From a virus (Duplodnaviria; Caudoviricetes), in the IMG/VR virus record IMGVR_UViG_3300030060_002858, positions 1 to 63,394 of that record: a DNA stretch of 63,394 nucleotides, one strand, 5' to 3'. The notes under the pieces are model-generated. The model worked only from the letters and a program-made list of their open reading frames with translations, was not told the origin of the DNA and searched no databases. Shown here piece after piece: positions 27,320 to 37,708 of this stretch. Both the position numbers and the translations under genes were made by a program. How positions within the stretch are numbered: position 1 is the stretch's first letter; each line of letters opens with the position of its first letter.

Positions 27320-27494
27320 GGGGTTTAAGCGGACCCCATAAAGGATAGTTATCTGACAAGTCAAATCCCCCTGCGGGCAATGGATGGGCTAACGAGATAA
27401 TTACGCTTGACGAATGGACTCCTATGGAACAATCCAGACCGAGAGAATACGTAATCCGCGTTAATAGTTTTACGTTTTTATAGGAGAATTAATC
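27320..27494 (+). promoter_or_regulatory. structured leader of the major capsid gene
   Basis: 175-nt non-coding stretch with several complementary segments and an AGGAG RBS; see findings. Confidence 0.5.
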
Positions 27495-28799
27495 ATGGCT
27501 GATAGCCTAACAGAAGCACAATTAGCATATAGACAGGACGTAGCCGCAGAAGTTTCGGGTGCAGATTATAGTGACGGCGTTACCGCTGGTAAACTTTGGC
27601 TACCTATTTGGTCAGGCGAAGTTATCCACGCATATGACGAGTACAACCAATTCGAGGGTATGGTTCAGTCCAAGACTATCCCAAGTGGTACTACCGTAGA
27701 GATTCCAATCACTGGTACTGTCGGGCTTACTCCCGCTTGGAACGCTGGTGTTGAGCTACAGGGTGGAGCTGACTCGATCACTGATAGCTTCCAACTCAAG
27801 CTCGACAAGCGACCAATGGCCGCTCACTTCGAGATTGACAATGTAGACCTTATGCTTACTCAGTGGGAGTTCCGTGCAGAGCTAGCCCGTCAGGCTGCCC
27901 TCACCCTCGCTAACACTAGAGATAAGCAAATCTACTCGTATCTTGTTAGAGCTGCTGTTACTAGCCAGCTGGCTACTGATAAGGCAGAAGTTCGTGGTGA
28001 TCTTAATCTAGATTCCGCACTCTTTGGTTCTGACGGTTCTGATACTGGTAAGCTAAAGGCTGTAGGCACAACTGGTGGTTCTGCGGCTGATCGAGCTACT
28101 GGTGCTCTTTCGATGCTTGAGAAGATTGAAAAGTATGTTGTTTATCTACAAGAGAACAACATTCCTTACGGTCAGCTCTACTTATCGGTAAGTCCACGTA
28201 CTTTCATGGACATCCGTTCTCTAGGTGTTGCTCGAAGCAGTGCTGATCTCGGTGGCGCATTTAGTGCTAACTACAACACCGACGCAGTTCAAACCGATCA
28301 AAGTGGTGGTGCTCGTAATCCATACTTTGCTGGTAACTTCGGTCTTGGTGGCCCCCTTACTAGTTCGTATGGTCAGCTTGCTGATACTCTTGAGTACATG
28401 GGTTGCACCATTATCAAGACCAACCACGGTTCTGATAGCTTAAGAAACACAAAGGCTGGTACTACTCTTGGTGAAGCTAAGTACAATCTTGACTTTACTA
28501 TGGGTGCATCAGGCAGTGATAACAATGCTGGAGGCGTTCTTAACGGTGTCCGTGGTCTTATGTTTACCCCAGAGGCTGTTGGAGCAATTCGACTTCAAGG
28601 CCTTAAGGTTGATACGGTTGATGATGTTCGCCGTAACACCGTCTTTACCGTTGCATCTATGATGAGCGGTACTGGTGTTCTTAAGCCTGAATGCGCAGCA
28701 ATTATCCATACTCTTAATGGAACCAACGCTGCTCTCGATACAAGAGCTGAACTTGCTGCTGAAGCATATCTTGCTGTAGATGCTGATGGTTACGCTTGA
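27495..28799 (+). CDS. major capsid protein (T7 gp10-like)
   Basis: LWLPIWSGEV, LANTRDKQI and GTGVLKPECA motifs; position; followed by a terminator. Confidence 0.92.
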   Translation: MADSLTEAQLAYRQDVAAEVSGADYSDGVTAGKLWLPIWSGEVIHAYDEYNQFEGMVQSKTIPSGTTVEIPITGTVGLTPAWNAGVELQGGADSITDSFQLKLDKRPMAAHFEIDNVDLMLTQWEFRAELARQAALTLANTRDKQIYSYLVRAAVTSQLATDKAEVRGDLNLDSALFGSDGSDTGKLKAVGTTGGSAADRATGALSMLEKIEKYVVYLQENNIPYGQLYLSVSPRTFMDIRSLGVARSSADLGGAFSANYNTDAVQTDQSGGARNPYFAGNFGLGGPLTSSYGQLADTLEYMGCTIIKTNHGSDSLRNTKAGTTLGEAKYNLDFTMGASGSDNNAGGVLNGVRGLMFTPEAVGAIRLQGLKVDTVDDVRRNTVFTVASMMSGTGVLKPECAAIIHTLNGTNAALDTRAELAAEAYLAVDADGYA

Positions 28800-28827
28800 T
28801 ATTAAAGTTTGATTGATAGACAACTTA

Positions 28828-28867
28828 TCCCCTCCTCTGCCCTAACGGGTGGAGGGGGGCTTTCTTT
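28828..28867 (+). terminator. intrinsic terminator after the capsid gene (T-phi position)
   Basis: CCTCCTCTGCCC-TAAC-GGGTGGAGGGGG followed by TTTCTTT. Confidence 0.85.
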
Positions 28868-28885
28868 ATTTATAGGAGGATCCTC

Positions 28886-29545
28886 ATGGGAGATATTAGC
28901 AAACTAGACGCAGTAAACCACATGCTTCTGATGGCAGGAGAATCCTTGGTTTCTGATCTTGATGACAATTCTGGTCTTGATACAGAAACAGCTTTGTTTT
29001 GTTTAGAACAGTTTACTAAGGATTTTCAACTTAGGGGCGTAGCTAACAACCAGCAAATTAAAAAAATTACTTTAACAGAAGACGGTAAAATACCCATCGA
29101 TGCCACTGCTATTTCGGCAGAACTAATTAGCCACCATACTAATGCAGATAGGTATAATATTATTGGCACTTTAAAAGGAACTGGAACTGACAAGAGGTTG
29201 TTTAATACAACTGACCAAACAGATATATGGGAAAAAGACAAAGAATATAAATACCTTTTAATTAAAAGTCTTCCTTGGGAGGACATGGACACTCCTATTC
29301 AAAGAGGAATCCTAGCTTCAGCAGCAAGGCAGTATCAGTTTATTACTCAAGGTGACGGAGATGCCGATATTTATTTGCAAGAATTAGAACTACTTCATCA
29401 AGGCAAAGCAAAGGGTGCTGATTTAGACGACAAAAGAAGATCTGTATTTACTTCTGGTAGTGCAAAGCTAGAGCAAGCAAGAACTAGAACAAACTACCAT
29501 AGATCATCTACAGAATTAAGATACTGGAAGACAAACAATGGCTAA
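28886..29545 (+). CDS. tail tubular protein A (T7 gp11-like)
   Basis: KLDAVNHMLLMAGE N-terminus; LPWEDM..AARQYQ. Confidence 0.9.
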   Translation: MGDISKLDAVNHMLLMAGESLVSDLDDNSGLDTETALFCLEQFTKDFQLRGVANNQQIKKITLTEDGKIPIDATAISAELISHHTNADRYNIIGTLKGTGTDKRLFNTTDQTDIWEKDKEYKYLLIKSLPWEDMDTPIQRGILASAARQYQFITQGDGDADIYLQELELLHQGKAKGADLDDKRRSVFTSGSAKLEQARTRTNYHRSSTELRYWKTNNG

Positions 29546-32312
29546 AAAGAAAAGAAAAAGATCATCTTATTTTCCTGTTAAGATACCTATTAGCAGTCTA
29601 TCAGGAGGAGTAGGAAGACAAGCACCAAATAAAAGATTACCTAACGAAGCAGAAAATTTAAATAATGTTTTTTGTACCACAGAAAGATCTATTGATAAAA
29701 GAAATGGATTCAAACTTCCGTCTACTGGATCTAAACTAGATATTCCGGGAGGCAACGATGTGTGGTTTTACTGGTACGACGCTGGAGATGATAGAAGATT
29801 TCTTATAGGTATTAATTTTAATCAAAATGTTTCAGCAACCGAAGAAGATGTCCTATATGTTTTTAAAGTAGAAGACGATGATACTTTAATTAAACAAGAT
29901 GTAAATCCTAATATAGATCAAGACATAATTAATTATTTAACCTTTGGTAATAAAAGCTCAAAAGAAACTCTTAAGGCGTGTGCTGTTGGATCTTCTGTTT
30001 TGGTTTTAAATACTCAAGTTAAAGCTGGATTTACGAGTGACGGAAGTTTAATAACTTTTGATAACGGAACAGACGAAGGAATACAAGGTGCTGTTTTAAA
30101 AGAGCTAGATGGAACTGACTTTGAAGATCCTAGTTTAATTCATGAAGATAAAAAGGGTCCTCCTTTAGAATACGAAACTGCTGCCAGTGTCGATCCTCTC
30201 GGAAGAGCAGAGGTGTTTACTGAGTTTACTGACTTTGTTCAAGGCCAAAGAACAATTGATTTAACAGACAAAAAAAGCGAGTGGGCTGGATCAGGAACAA
30301 CCGATACTGATGATAGTAGAGATGACCAAAGGTTCGGTGTTTGGCAAGTTAAATCTTCTGTAGATACTAATAATCTTCCCGGACCTAATTACTCTAATGG
30401 AACAATTACTGCTCCTAGTGCAACATCTAGCAGATGGGAAAGAGTTAAGATAGAAGGAGCCACAGGAACAAGCATAACAGATTATTTATGGACAGACTTT
30501 ATTGATCCAGAGGATTATGTATATCCTGATCCTACCAAACTTTATTTAGGTCAGGCAGTGTCTCAATTTTCTCAATTAAAGTTTCCTTTAAGTAATTTAG
30601 ATATTGTTGCAAACAACGGAAATGATTTAGTTAACCGAGCTTTTCAAGAGTTATACCCAAACGATGGAGATGAGAGTGGCGGAGGCAAGCTATTCTTTCT
30701 CTCGCAAGCATATCTATCAAGCACTCCGGGATACTATAGGTCAGTATCTACAAAATCTCCTTATCTTTCAAAGGTAAGAACTCCAGATAAAATGAGTGTT
30801 ATTGATAATAGAAGAATGCCCATGCAAGTTTTCTTAGACACAAGTGTTGACCCAGCAACCGAGCAACCTAGAAATTTTTGGTCTATTAGAAAAGTTGATT
30901 GGGATCCAAGAGATAGCGGAAGTGTAACTTCAAACCCCGGTCCTTCTGTTTTTAGAGATGAAAAAGGAAATGCAAAAGAAGTACAGCTAAAGGCTATTTC
31001 TTTTTATAGAGATAGACTATTTCTAGCTACCGAGGATACACTATTCTCTTCTAGGCTAGGTGATTTTTCTAACTTCTTTTTAGCAAACCCAGCTAATATT
31101 ATATTCTCAGATCCTATTGATATTAAAGTATCTTCTAATGTTTTTACGCCCATTACATTCTTAAAACCATTTAAAGACTTTCTGTTTTTAGGTACATCTG
31201 GAAATACTCAATATGAATTAATTGGATCAGAAAACCAAATCTCTCCTCTTAGTGCTGAGATAGCTCCAACTTCTTTCTTTCCTATGACAGAAGATGTTGA
31301 GCCTTTAGTTATGAATAATAATTTATTTTTCTTTTCAAAGAATAGATTGTTTATTTATTTCCAAAGATTTGAAGCTGCGGGTCAACAAGCATTTGAACTA
31401 TCAAGACATGTTCCTGATTTTCTTCCTGATAATTTTTGGAATACAACAGTTTCTTCCGCACATAATATGATTTTTGCTGTCGCGGGATCTAGTCCTACTA
31501 ATACAATTTTAGTATATCGGAATCAAATAACAGGAGAACAGATTACTCAAAACGCCTTCTTTACTTTTACAATGTCTGACGACACACAAATATATAGTAT
31601 TAAAGCATTAGAAGATAGCTTGTATGCGGTTACCAGTGTAGAGTCAAAAGAAGGAAGAGTTTATGAAGTTCAAGTATTAAACTTACTACAAGATGATCCA
31701 GAAATTGCTAGATTAGATTCTAGAACACAAATAGATATTAGCAGCGTAGTATATGATCCTGAAACAAACAAAACTAAAATTAGGTTTATTCCTAATAATT
31801 TTGTTGTCGCCAGCTCTATGAATGCAGTTGTTATAAATAATACAATATATAAAAAGTTTATTTTTGAAGGAGTAGAAGACGGTGAACATGAGATATCAGT
31901 TGAGGGAGCTGTTGTAGGAATAAACAATATTGTAATAGGAACAACTTATAATACAGAAATTGAACTATCAACTTTATTTGTTAGAGACGAAAGAAATAAC
32001 ATTACTCCGGGTACGTTAAACTTAAGATACGGAGTATTTAGACACCGGAATACAGGAAACTATGATGTAGAAGTAAAAAGAAAAAATAGAGAGGGTCGAG
32101 TTTACAATTTTGCCCCAGTGCATTTAAATGAGACTGATAGTTTAGAAGAAGGAAAAACATTTGAAAAAGACGGTATCTTTAAAATACCTTTACTAGGTTT
32201 TTCAGACGACATCGTTATTAAAATATCCTCGGACTATCCCAATCCTATGAATTTAACAGACATAGAGATTACGGGCAAGTTTAAAAGAGTACCAAAGTTC
32301 TTAACAACATAG
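29538..32312 (+). CDS. tail tubular protein B (T7 gp12-like)
   Basis: LSGGVGRQAP, KRNG, FYRDRLFL, SRLGDFSNFF and DPID motifs. Confidence 0.92.
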   Translation: MAKKKRKRSSYFPVKIPISSLSGGVGRQAPNKRLPNEAENLNNVFCTTERSIDKRNGFKLPSTGSKLDIPGGNDVWFYWYDAGDDRRFLIGINFNQNVSATEEDVLYVFKVEDDDTLIKQDVNPNIDQDIINYLTFGNKSSKETLKACAVGSSVLVLNTQVKAGFTSDGSLITFDNGTDEGIQGAVLKELDGTDFEDPSLIHEDKKGPPLEYETAASVDPLGRAEVFTEFTDFVQGQRTIDLTDKKSEWAGSGTTDTDDSRDDQRFGVWQVKSSVDTNNLPGPNYSNGTITAPSATSSRWERVKIEGATGTSITDYLWTDFIDPEDYVYPDPTKLYLGQAVSQFSQLKFPLSNLDIVANNGNDLVNRAFQELYPNDGDESGGGKLFFLSQAYLSSTPGYYRSVSTKSPYLSKVRTPDKMSVIDNRRMPMQVFLDTSVDPATEQPRNFWSIRKVDWDPRDSGSVTSNPGPSVFRDEKGNAKEVQLKAISFYRDRLFLATEDTLFSSRLGDFSNFFLANPANIIFSDPIDIKVSSNVFTPITFLKPFKDFLFLGTSGNTQYELIGSENQISPLSAEIAPTSFFPMTEDVEPLVMNNNLFFFSKNRLFIYFQRFEAAGQQAFELSRHVPDFLPDNFWNTTVSSAHNMIFAVAGSSPTNTILVYRNQITGEQITQNAFFTFTMSDDTQIYSIKALEDSLYAVTSVESKEGRVYEVQVLNLLQDDPEIARLDSRTQIDISSVVYDPETNKTKIRFIPNNFVVASSMNAVVINNTIYKKFIFEGVEDGEHEISVEGAVVGINNIVIGTTYNTEIELSTLFVRDERNNITPGTLNLRYGVFRHRNTGNYDVEVKRKNREGRVYNFAPVHLNETDSLEEGKTFEKDGIFKIPLLGFSDDIVIKISSDYPNPMNLTDIEITGKFKRVPKFLTT

Positions 32313-32321
32313 GAGAAAGCC

Positions 32322-35300
32322 GTGGCTTCATATAGTAACAATAAAGAAAAAACAACCTTTATTAAAAAAACAGGGTTAGAGATTAAAAATAACAACTACA
32401 AAGTAGATGTATCGTCTCTCTTGCCTAACTCAGGGGATCTAGATGTAACCTTAAGTGATAACGATGAGCTGCTTGTTATTAGGCAGTTTGATACTAGTAG
32501 CATTACCCCTGCTATTACCGCTGATGAAGCTTGGAATGCGTACACTCTACCTAATGATACTACAAGCGGAAGTACAATGTATTCTTTGGTGTCAGGAGAA
32601 ATTGTATTTTCTCAAACAGCTTCAGATTACACTTGGACAATTTTTCAATCAGGCAGAGCTGCTGATGTAGCCTTGCCTGTGCTTGCAGACTCAGATACTA
32701 TTTACATTATTAGAAAAGTATTTATTGAAGACACTTTAGTTACTTGGGCATCCGGCTCTAAAATTACCACGTCAAATCTTAATATCAACTCAAAACAATT
32801 ACTAAACCATACCCAAGAACTTTACACTTATTTTAAAAACTTCCATACTATGAATCCTAGCATTGGAAGGCCTAACGGCATTGCTCCTTTAAACTCTGAC
32901 GGAACAATTGATTCTGCGTATGTTGATGGAAGTACGATTAACCTTCAATCTACTAACGGAGTAAGTGGTCAAGGAACAGCATCGTCTCCTCTTACTTTAA
33001 ATCTTGATGGAGATTCTTTAACCCAATCTTCTTCTGGCGTTAAGGTACAAACTCAAGATAGCCTGACTAGCTCTTCTGCAACACAACCTTTATCTGCAAA
33101 TCAAGGCAAGCTACTTAATGAGTCAATTCAAACCTTAGGTACGGGTATTGTTTATAAAGGTGCCTTCGATATGCTCGGTACAACTGAATCGGTTGTAGGT
33201 ACTTTAGCAGCTGGACTTACTGTTGCACATACAGGTAGTGGAGGAACTGCTTCGGGCTGGTCTGGAACTCCTACTGTAGCCAATGGAAATCTTGTAAGAT
33301 ACAGTGGATCCGTTTGGCAGGTTGCTGCCTCGGCTAACTCGGTATTAGCTGACGGAAGTGTAGAGTTAGCTGACGGTCAAAAGATTGCGGCTACCCCCGC
33401 TGCTAATGTTGGAAATAACTCTGACGGAACAGAACGAGAAGCTGCAACTTGTGAGTATGTAGAAGATGCAATCATTAACACAGAGCTAGATGAACTAAAA
33501 GACTGTTACGTAGATGATACATCCCCAGCAAGTAATGACATGATCTACTATGACGGTAACTCTTGGGAACCTATTCAACTTGAAAATTCATTCGGTTCGG
33601 GTGAAAAAGTTATTACCACAGGTTCTAGTATTGAAGCTTTAGGTAATGTTAATTCAGGGGCTAGTAATAACCAAGTACTTCAATGGAATGGTTCAGCTTG
33701 GGTTCCCCAAACTATTGACAGTACGGCAACCGATACAATCTTAGGGGGTAACGGTAACGGTACAACAGATGATAGGGCTACTATTCAAAGTGGATTAGAC
33801 AGTAGTGGATTTGGGTACAATGCAACTACTGCTTCAGGCACAGGGCAAGTATCATTCCTAAACTTAACAGGTAGAAGATTTGCTGTTGATGGAGAGCTTG
33901 AGTTACCGTTTAAAAAACAAATTAGAATTGGTAACGGAACCTTTGAACTTAATGTAAATGATGCTGTAGACAAAACTCTACTTAAACCAGCTACTAGTCA
34001 AAGTTCTCTGTCTACTACATTAAGTGAGGATACATTAGCAGATAGATGTGATCTTACTGTAGCAGACTCTAGTTCTTTTAGTGCTGGCGATATTATTAGA
34101 ATTGTTAGCACAACTGGTATAGATCTGCAAACAGGTAGTGATGGGGGCGTGCAAAATCTTGTTTCTTCTATGCATATTACTAGAGTAGTAAGAATTGAAA
34201 ATAATTCTTCTGCGGATAAAATTATAATTGAAGATCCCTTGCCTCATAAATTCTTTACTAATTCTGTTATTAAACGAGAAGGCGGAGGAACAAACGGAGC
34301 AGATCAATTAGAAAATGTAGTGTTTGAAAACATGAGTTTTATTGATAAAAATAGCAAGGTAATTTATCTAAACGAAGTAGACTCTCCAGTAGGAGGGACT
34401 ACACCATTTACTGTTGTTGCGGGTAATGATAATGTAACTGTAACTCTCCCTTCGGATCACGGACTAGCAGTAAATGCTGGAGTACTTATTCAAGATGCAG
34501 ATCTTGGTGGCGGGGGTTCAGGATTTATTGTAGATGAAACCCAAGATATCAATAGATGGATGATTGCGGATGTTATTGACGGATCTAGTCACTTATTCAC
34601 TTTTACAGATGGAATGGGATCCAATACTAATACAGGTAAGAGTGGATCTTACGGTAGCGATAAAGCTTATGTAGTTCTTTCTCGTCACAACGGTGTACAC
34701 TTAAAAAATGCTACTAATGTTTTATTTAAAAAATGTATCTTTAAAGGATTTAATGGTGACTTTGCTGTTATGCTAGAGCAGTGCAAGGACGTAACATTTG
34801 AAGATTGCATTTTTACAGAATGTCGAGGCCCTAACTATACAGTAGACGGGCAGTCTAATGCTGCATTAAGAATTAAAGGAAGTGTTGGAGTTACTGTAAA
34901 AAATTGTAAATTTACTAACTGCACTAGAGGAATCGTAACGGAATTTGGAACTGAAACAGTAGATAGTGCCGCTAGAAAAGTACCTTCTAGTACACTTAAA
35001 GTATTAGATTCTGAATTTATTTGTTCTGCTCCTATTGAAAGTCCTTATGAACAACAGGGTGACGATAGTTGTTTAGGATTTTTATTAGGTAGAAACGAAA
35101 TTATTAATTGTAGACTGCTTCCTTTTAGTCCTAATCCTAATAGATTAGGTTTCCGTTATTACCACGTTGGATACGAAGACGGATCTTACGTTAAAAACGG
35201 AATCAATCTTGGAGCAGAAGAGCTAATTATTAAAGGATGCAATATAGAAGCTAAAAAAGAAGATGATTTCACTTTTGATGCAGATGCTTATTGGGGCAAG

Positions 35301-36191
35301 GGAGATGGTTATACGTTCTTCACTGCTGTAGTTGGGGAACCGTCTGAAAACAGTGGGAGAATGTTTGGATTTTACAACGGTGTTTATGTAAAAAGCTATC
35401 CAAATAATTGGAGAAACTATAGAGCAGGCAAAAGAATAGGAGTAGATGTAAGAGAAACAGCAGTTACAAGCCTTGAATGCAGGGAGAATAACATTTGGTC
35501 TTTCCATGGTAATGTATTGTGGGCATGGTACGCAACACAACCTCTTGGGGAGGGATTTATAATACAACCCTCATGTAAAATCGCAGACAACACCATGAAT
35601 GGTGCTTTATATGGAGCATACCTATATAATCCTTACGATAAATCTAGCTCAGCTAACTATGCGGCCTCTAATGTACGTGTAGATAGAAATAGTATCAATG
35701 TTACATATTCTGCTAATAGAATAATTGGCTTATTTAATGGCGCAACTGGCAAAGGAGGTACTACAGCTACTTATGAGAAAGACTGGTCTGCTAATTCTTT
35801 CAAAGGAATATGGCTTAAGGCGAAGCATAGTGCAAACAATGTAGGAGGAAAGTATAGGTTGTTTTCAATTGATGATAATATATTAATTTCTCCAAACAGA
35901 GGCTCTAGTAATATAAAAGGGCAAGGAATATTAATAGGCGACTCCAGCGGGCGTTTAAAAAACAACACTTTTCATACTGGATCCATGAGAGGAAATACAA
36001 TACAAAGCTGGCAGGTTGGTGGGTATTCTTATATAGCATATAATGCAGGGGTTCCTGCAAAAGCTGTATTTAGAAAATTTACTTGCAAAAATAATACTTT
36101 ATATGATTGCGTCACTGCATTTAATTCTGCGTTTAATAGCGGATTTAATGCTGACTCAACTAACTTTGCTACTGGAAATGATAATGCTTAG
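32322..36191 (+). CDS. tail fibre/spike with a pectin-lyase-like beta-helix region
   Basis: gp17-like N-terminus (IYIIR..W.SGSKIT.SNLN..QLL..QE); YDGNSW and WNGSAW repeats; NGTTDD; repeated NVxFxxCxF beta-helix turns. Confidence 0.85.
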   Translation: MASYSNNKEKTTFIKKTGLEIKNNNYKVDVSSLLPNSGDLDVTLSDNDELLVIRQFDTSSITPAITADEAWNAYTLPNDTTSGSTMYSLVSGEIVFSQTASDYTWTIFQSGRAADVALPVLADSDTIYIIRKVFIEDTLVTWASGSKITTSNLNINSKQLLNHTQELYTYFKNFHTMNPSIGRPNGIAPLNSDGTIDSAYVDGSTINLQSTNGVSGQGTASSPLTLNLDGDSLTQSSSGVKVQTQDSLTSSSATQPLSANQGKLLNESIQTLGTGIVYKGAFDMLGTTESVVGTLAAGLTVAHTGSGGTASGWSGTPTVANGNLVRYSGSVWQVAASANSVLADGSVELADGQKIAATPAANVGNNSDGTEREAATCEYVEDAIINTELDELKDCYVDDTSPASNDMIYYDGNSWEPIQLENSFGSGEKVITTGSSIEALGNVNSGASNNQVLQWNGSAWVPQTIDSTATDTILGGNGNGTTDDRATIQSGLDSSGFGYNATTASGTGQVSFLNLTGRRFAVDGELELPFKKQIRIGNGTFELNVNDAVDKTLLKPATSQSSLSTTLSEDTLADRCDLTVADSSSFSAGDIIRIVSTTGIDLQTGSDGGVQNLVSSMHITRVVRIENNSSADKIIIEDPLPHKFFTNSVIKREGGGTNGADQLENVVFENMSFIDKNSKVIYLNEVDSPVGGTTPFTVVAGNDNVTVTLPSDHGLAVNAGVLIQDADLGGGGSGFIVDETQDINRWMIADVIDGSSHLFTFTDGMGSNTNTGKSGSYGSDKAYVVLSRHNGVHLKNATNVLFKKCIFKGFNGDFAVMLEQCKDVTFEDCIFTECRGPNYTVDGQSNAALRIKGSVGVTVKNCKFTNCTRGIVTEFGTETVDSAARKVPSSTLKVLDSEFICSAPIESPYEQQGDDSCLGFLLGRNEIINCRLLPFSPNPNRLGFRYYHVGYEDGSYVKNGINLGAEELIIKGCNIEAKKEDDFTFDADAYWGKGDGYTFFTAVVGEPSENSGRMFGFYNGVYVKSYPNNWRNYRAGKRIGVDVRETAVTSLECRENNIWSFHGNVLWAWYATQPLGEGFIIQPSCKIADNTMNGALYGAYLYNPYDKSSSANYAASNVRVDRNSINVTYSANRIIGLFNGATGKGGTTATYEKDWSANSFKGIWLKAKHSANNVGGKYRLFSIDDNILISPNRGSSNIKGQGILIGDSSGRLKNNTFHTGSMRGNTIQSWQVGGYSYIAYNAGVPAKAVFRKFTCKNNTLYDCVTAFNSAFNSGFNADSTNFATGNDNA

Positions 36192-36201
36192 GAGAAAATA
36201 G

Positions 36202-36411
36202 ATGAGTAAAATTGATAAATTAAATGACTTGCTTTTGCAATGTCTTCTAGAAGATTTAAATGATCCAACTAAATGTACTCCCGGACTTTACCAAGTTATC
36301 CGAGGAGTTATTAGCGACAATAAACAAGAGCTTGAAAATATTCCAAAGGAAGCTTTAGACTTTTTAGAAAACAAATTTACAGATGCTATTCCATTTAGAA
36401 AGGAAGCATAA
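36202..36411 (+). CDS. putative terminase small subunit (T7 gp18-like)
   Basis: Size, position upstream of terL, and L..LLEDL..TPGLY..DN..IPF pattern. Confidence 0.6.
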   Translation: MSKIDKLNDLLLQCLLEDLNDPTKCTPGLYQVIRGVISDNKQELENIPKEALDFLENKFTDAIPFRKEA

Positions 36412-36998
36412 TGAACTTAGATGATGTTAAACAAGACATGGAAAATTGGATTACAAATTACTTAGATATCCCTAATGAATATTATAACGGAATTAAACCA
36501 TGTCCATTTGCTAAAAAGGCTTGGTTCGATAATAAAGTAAAAGTAATATTGGGTCATAAAGAAGAAGTTCTTATGGAGTTAGATGATTGGGATGATAAGC
36601 ACCAGTTAGTAGCAGTTATTTTTAAAGATTTTGAAGGATTAGATGACTGGTGTCAAAGCTTAAACCCTGAATTATCAAAAGAAGATCTTTATCTTATGGC
36701 TCACGAACCTTTAGATGAAGACGAATATGAGGAAGGGGATCCTACTTTAACCTCGGAAAGTTGGGGGAAAGTTACAGACGAAGTGTATGGTTGGGTATTT
36801 ATTCAAAGACTATCGGAAGTCTGTAAATACTCGGACATATTAAGTAAGCAGGACTATTACAAAGATCTTCCTGCGGATTTTTTAGCTTATGTAGACTCAA
36901 GGAGGTCTTACTATGAAGGGTTCAAAGAAAAAGGCTGGAATGCGTGCGCCAAAGAAGGAAAAGAAAAACGGAACCACCGCAAGAATGGGTGGTGCTAA
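36411..36998 (+). CDS. DUF1415-like hypothetical protein
   Basis: PCPFAKKAW, HEP and FIQRLS motifs. Confidence 0.55.
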   Translation: MNLDDVKQDMENWITNYLDIPNEYYNGIKPCPFAKKAWFDNKVKVILGHKEEVLMELDDWDDKHQLVAVIFKDFEGLDDWCQSLNPELSKEDLYLMAHEPLDEDEYEEGDPTLTSESWGKVTDEVYGWVFIQRLSEVCKYSDILSKQDYYKDLPADFLAYVDSRRSYYEGFKEKGWNACAKEGKEKRNHRKNGWC

Positions 36999-37047
36999 GG
37001 GTGCGAGAAAAGCTGCAATGAAGCGAATGAAGAAGGGTGCAAGATAA
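36913..37047 (+). CDS. small basic protein (44 aa)
   Basis: AGGAGG RBS; MKGSKKKAGMRAPKKEKK... Confidence 0.6.
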   Translation: MKGSKKKAGMRAPKKEKKNGTTARMGGAKGARKAAMKRMKKGAR

Positions 37048-37062
37048 TATAGGAGATTAGTC

Positions 37063-37329
37063 ATGGCTAAGAAAAAGGGCGGGATGAAAGGATGTACCAT
37101 CAAGAATGGATGCAAATCCAAGAAGGGTGGACTCACTGCCAAAGGTCGTAGCATGATTAATCGCAAGACGGGATCAAAATTAAAAGCCCCCCAGCCGGGG
37201 GGTGGTCCCCGTAAGCGATCTTTTTGTGCTAGAAATAAAGGGCAGATTAAGAAGTTTAATATTAACTGCCAAAAAACTCCAAAAAAGAGAGCCTGCTTGG
37301 CTCGCAAGAGGTGGAAGTGTAGTAACTAA
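37063..37329 (+). CDS. small basic Cys-containing protein
   Basis: AGGAG RBS; GGLTAKGR..GSKLKAP..RKRSFCAR..RWKC, a common phage family. Confidence 0.75.
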   Translation: MAKKKGGMKGCTIKNGCKSKKGGLTAKGRSMINRKTGSKLKAPQPGGGPRKRSFCARNKGQIKKFNINCQKTPKKRACLARKRWKCSN

Positions 37330-37484
37330 TGGCAAAGAAAAAGAAAGCAAAACGAGATGCGTGTTATCATAAAGTTAAAAGCCGATATACTAAATGGCCT
37401 AGTGCCTATGCTTCTGGTGCTTTAGTTAAGTGCAGAAAGGTTGGTGCAAAAAACTGGGGCAATAAGTCTAAGGGGAAGAAGTAA
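37329..37484 (+). CDS. small basic protein (51 aa)
   Basis: TAATG coupling; DACYHKVKSRYTKWPSAYASGALVKCRK. Confidence 0.7.
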   Translation: MAKKKKAKRDACYHKVKSRYTKWPSAYASGALVKCRKVGAKNWGNKSKGKK

Positions 37485-37708
37485 TGGCTAAAAAAGAAGG
37501 TCTTAAGAAATGGTTCGGCAGAAACAAAGGCAAAGGCTGGGTTGACTGCAAGACTGGGAAGCCTTGTGGCAGAAAGTCTGCTAAGGGCGGAAGCAAAAGA
37601 CCTTATCCAGCCTGCCGTCCAACAAAGGCACAGTGTACATCGGCTAAAAATAGAAAGAAGGGTCCAGCTAGAATTAGTTGGAAGAAGAAAAAGAAAGGAG
37701 CAAGATAA
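37484..37708 (+). CDS. small basic protein
   Basis: TAATG coupling; LKKWF..WVD..TGKPCGR..YPACRP. Confidence 0.75.
   Translation: MAKKEGLKKWFGRNKGKGWVDCKTGKPCGRKSAKGGSKRPYPACRPTKAQCTSAKNRKKGPARISWKKKKKGAR

Noticed and set aside
27407-27436. TTGACG as a sigma70 -35 box upstream of the capsid gene
   Set aside because: No acceptable -10 hexamer lies at 16-18 bp spacing; the RNA-structure reading fits better.
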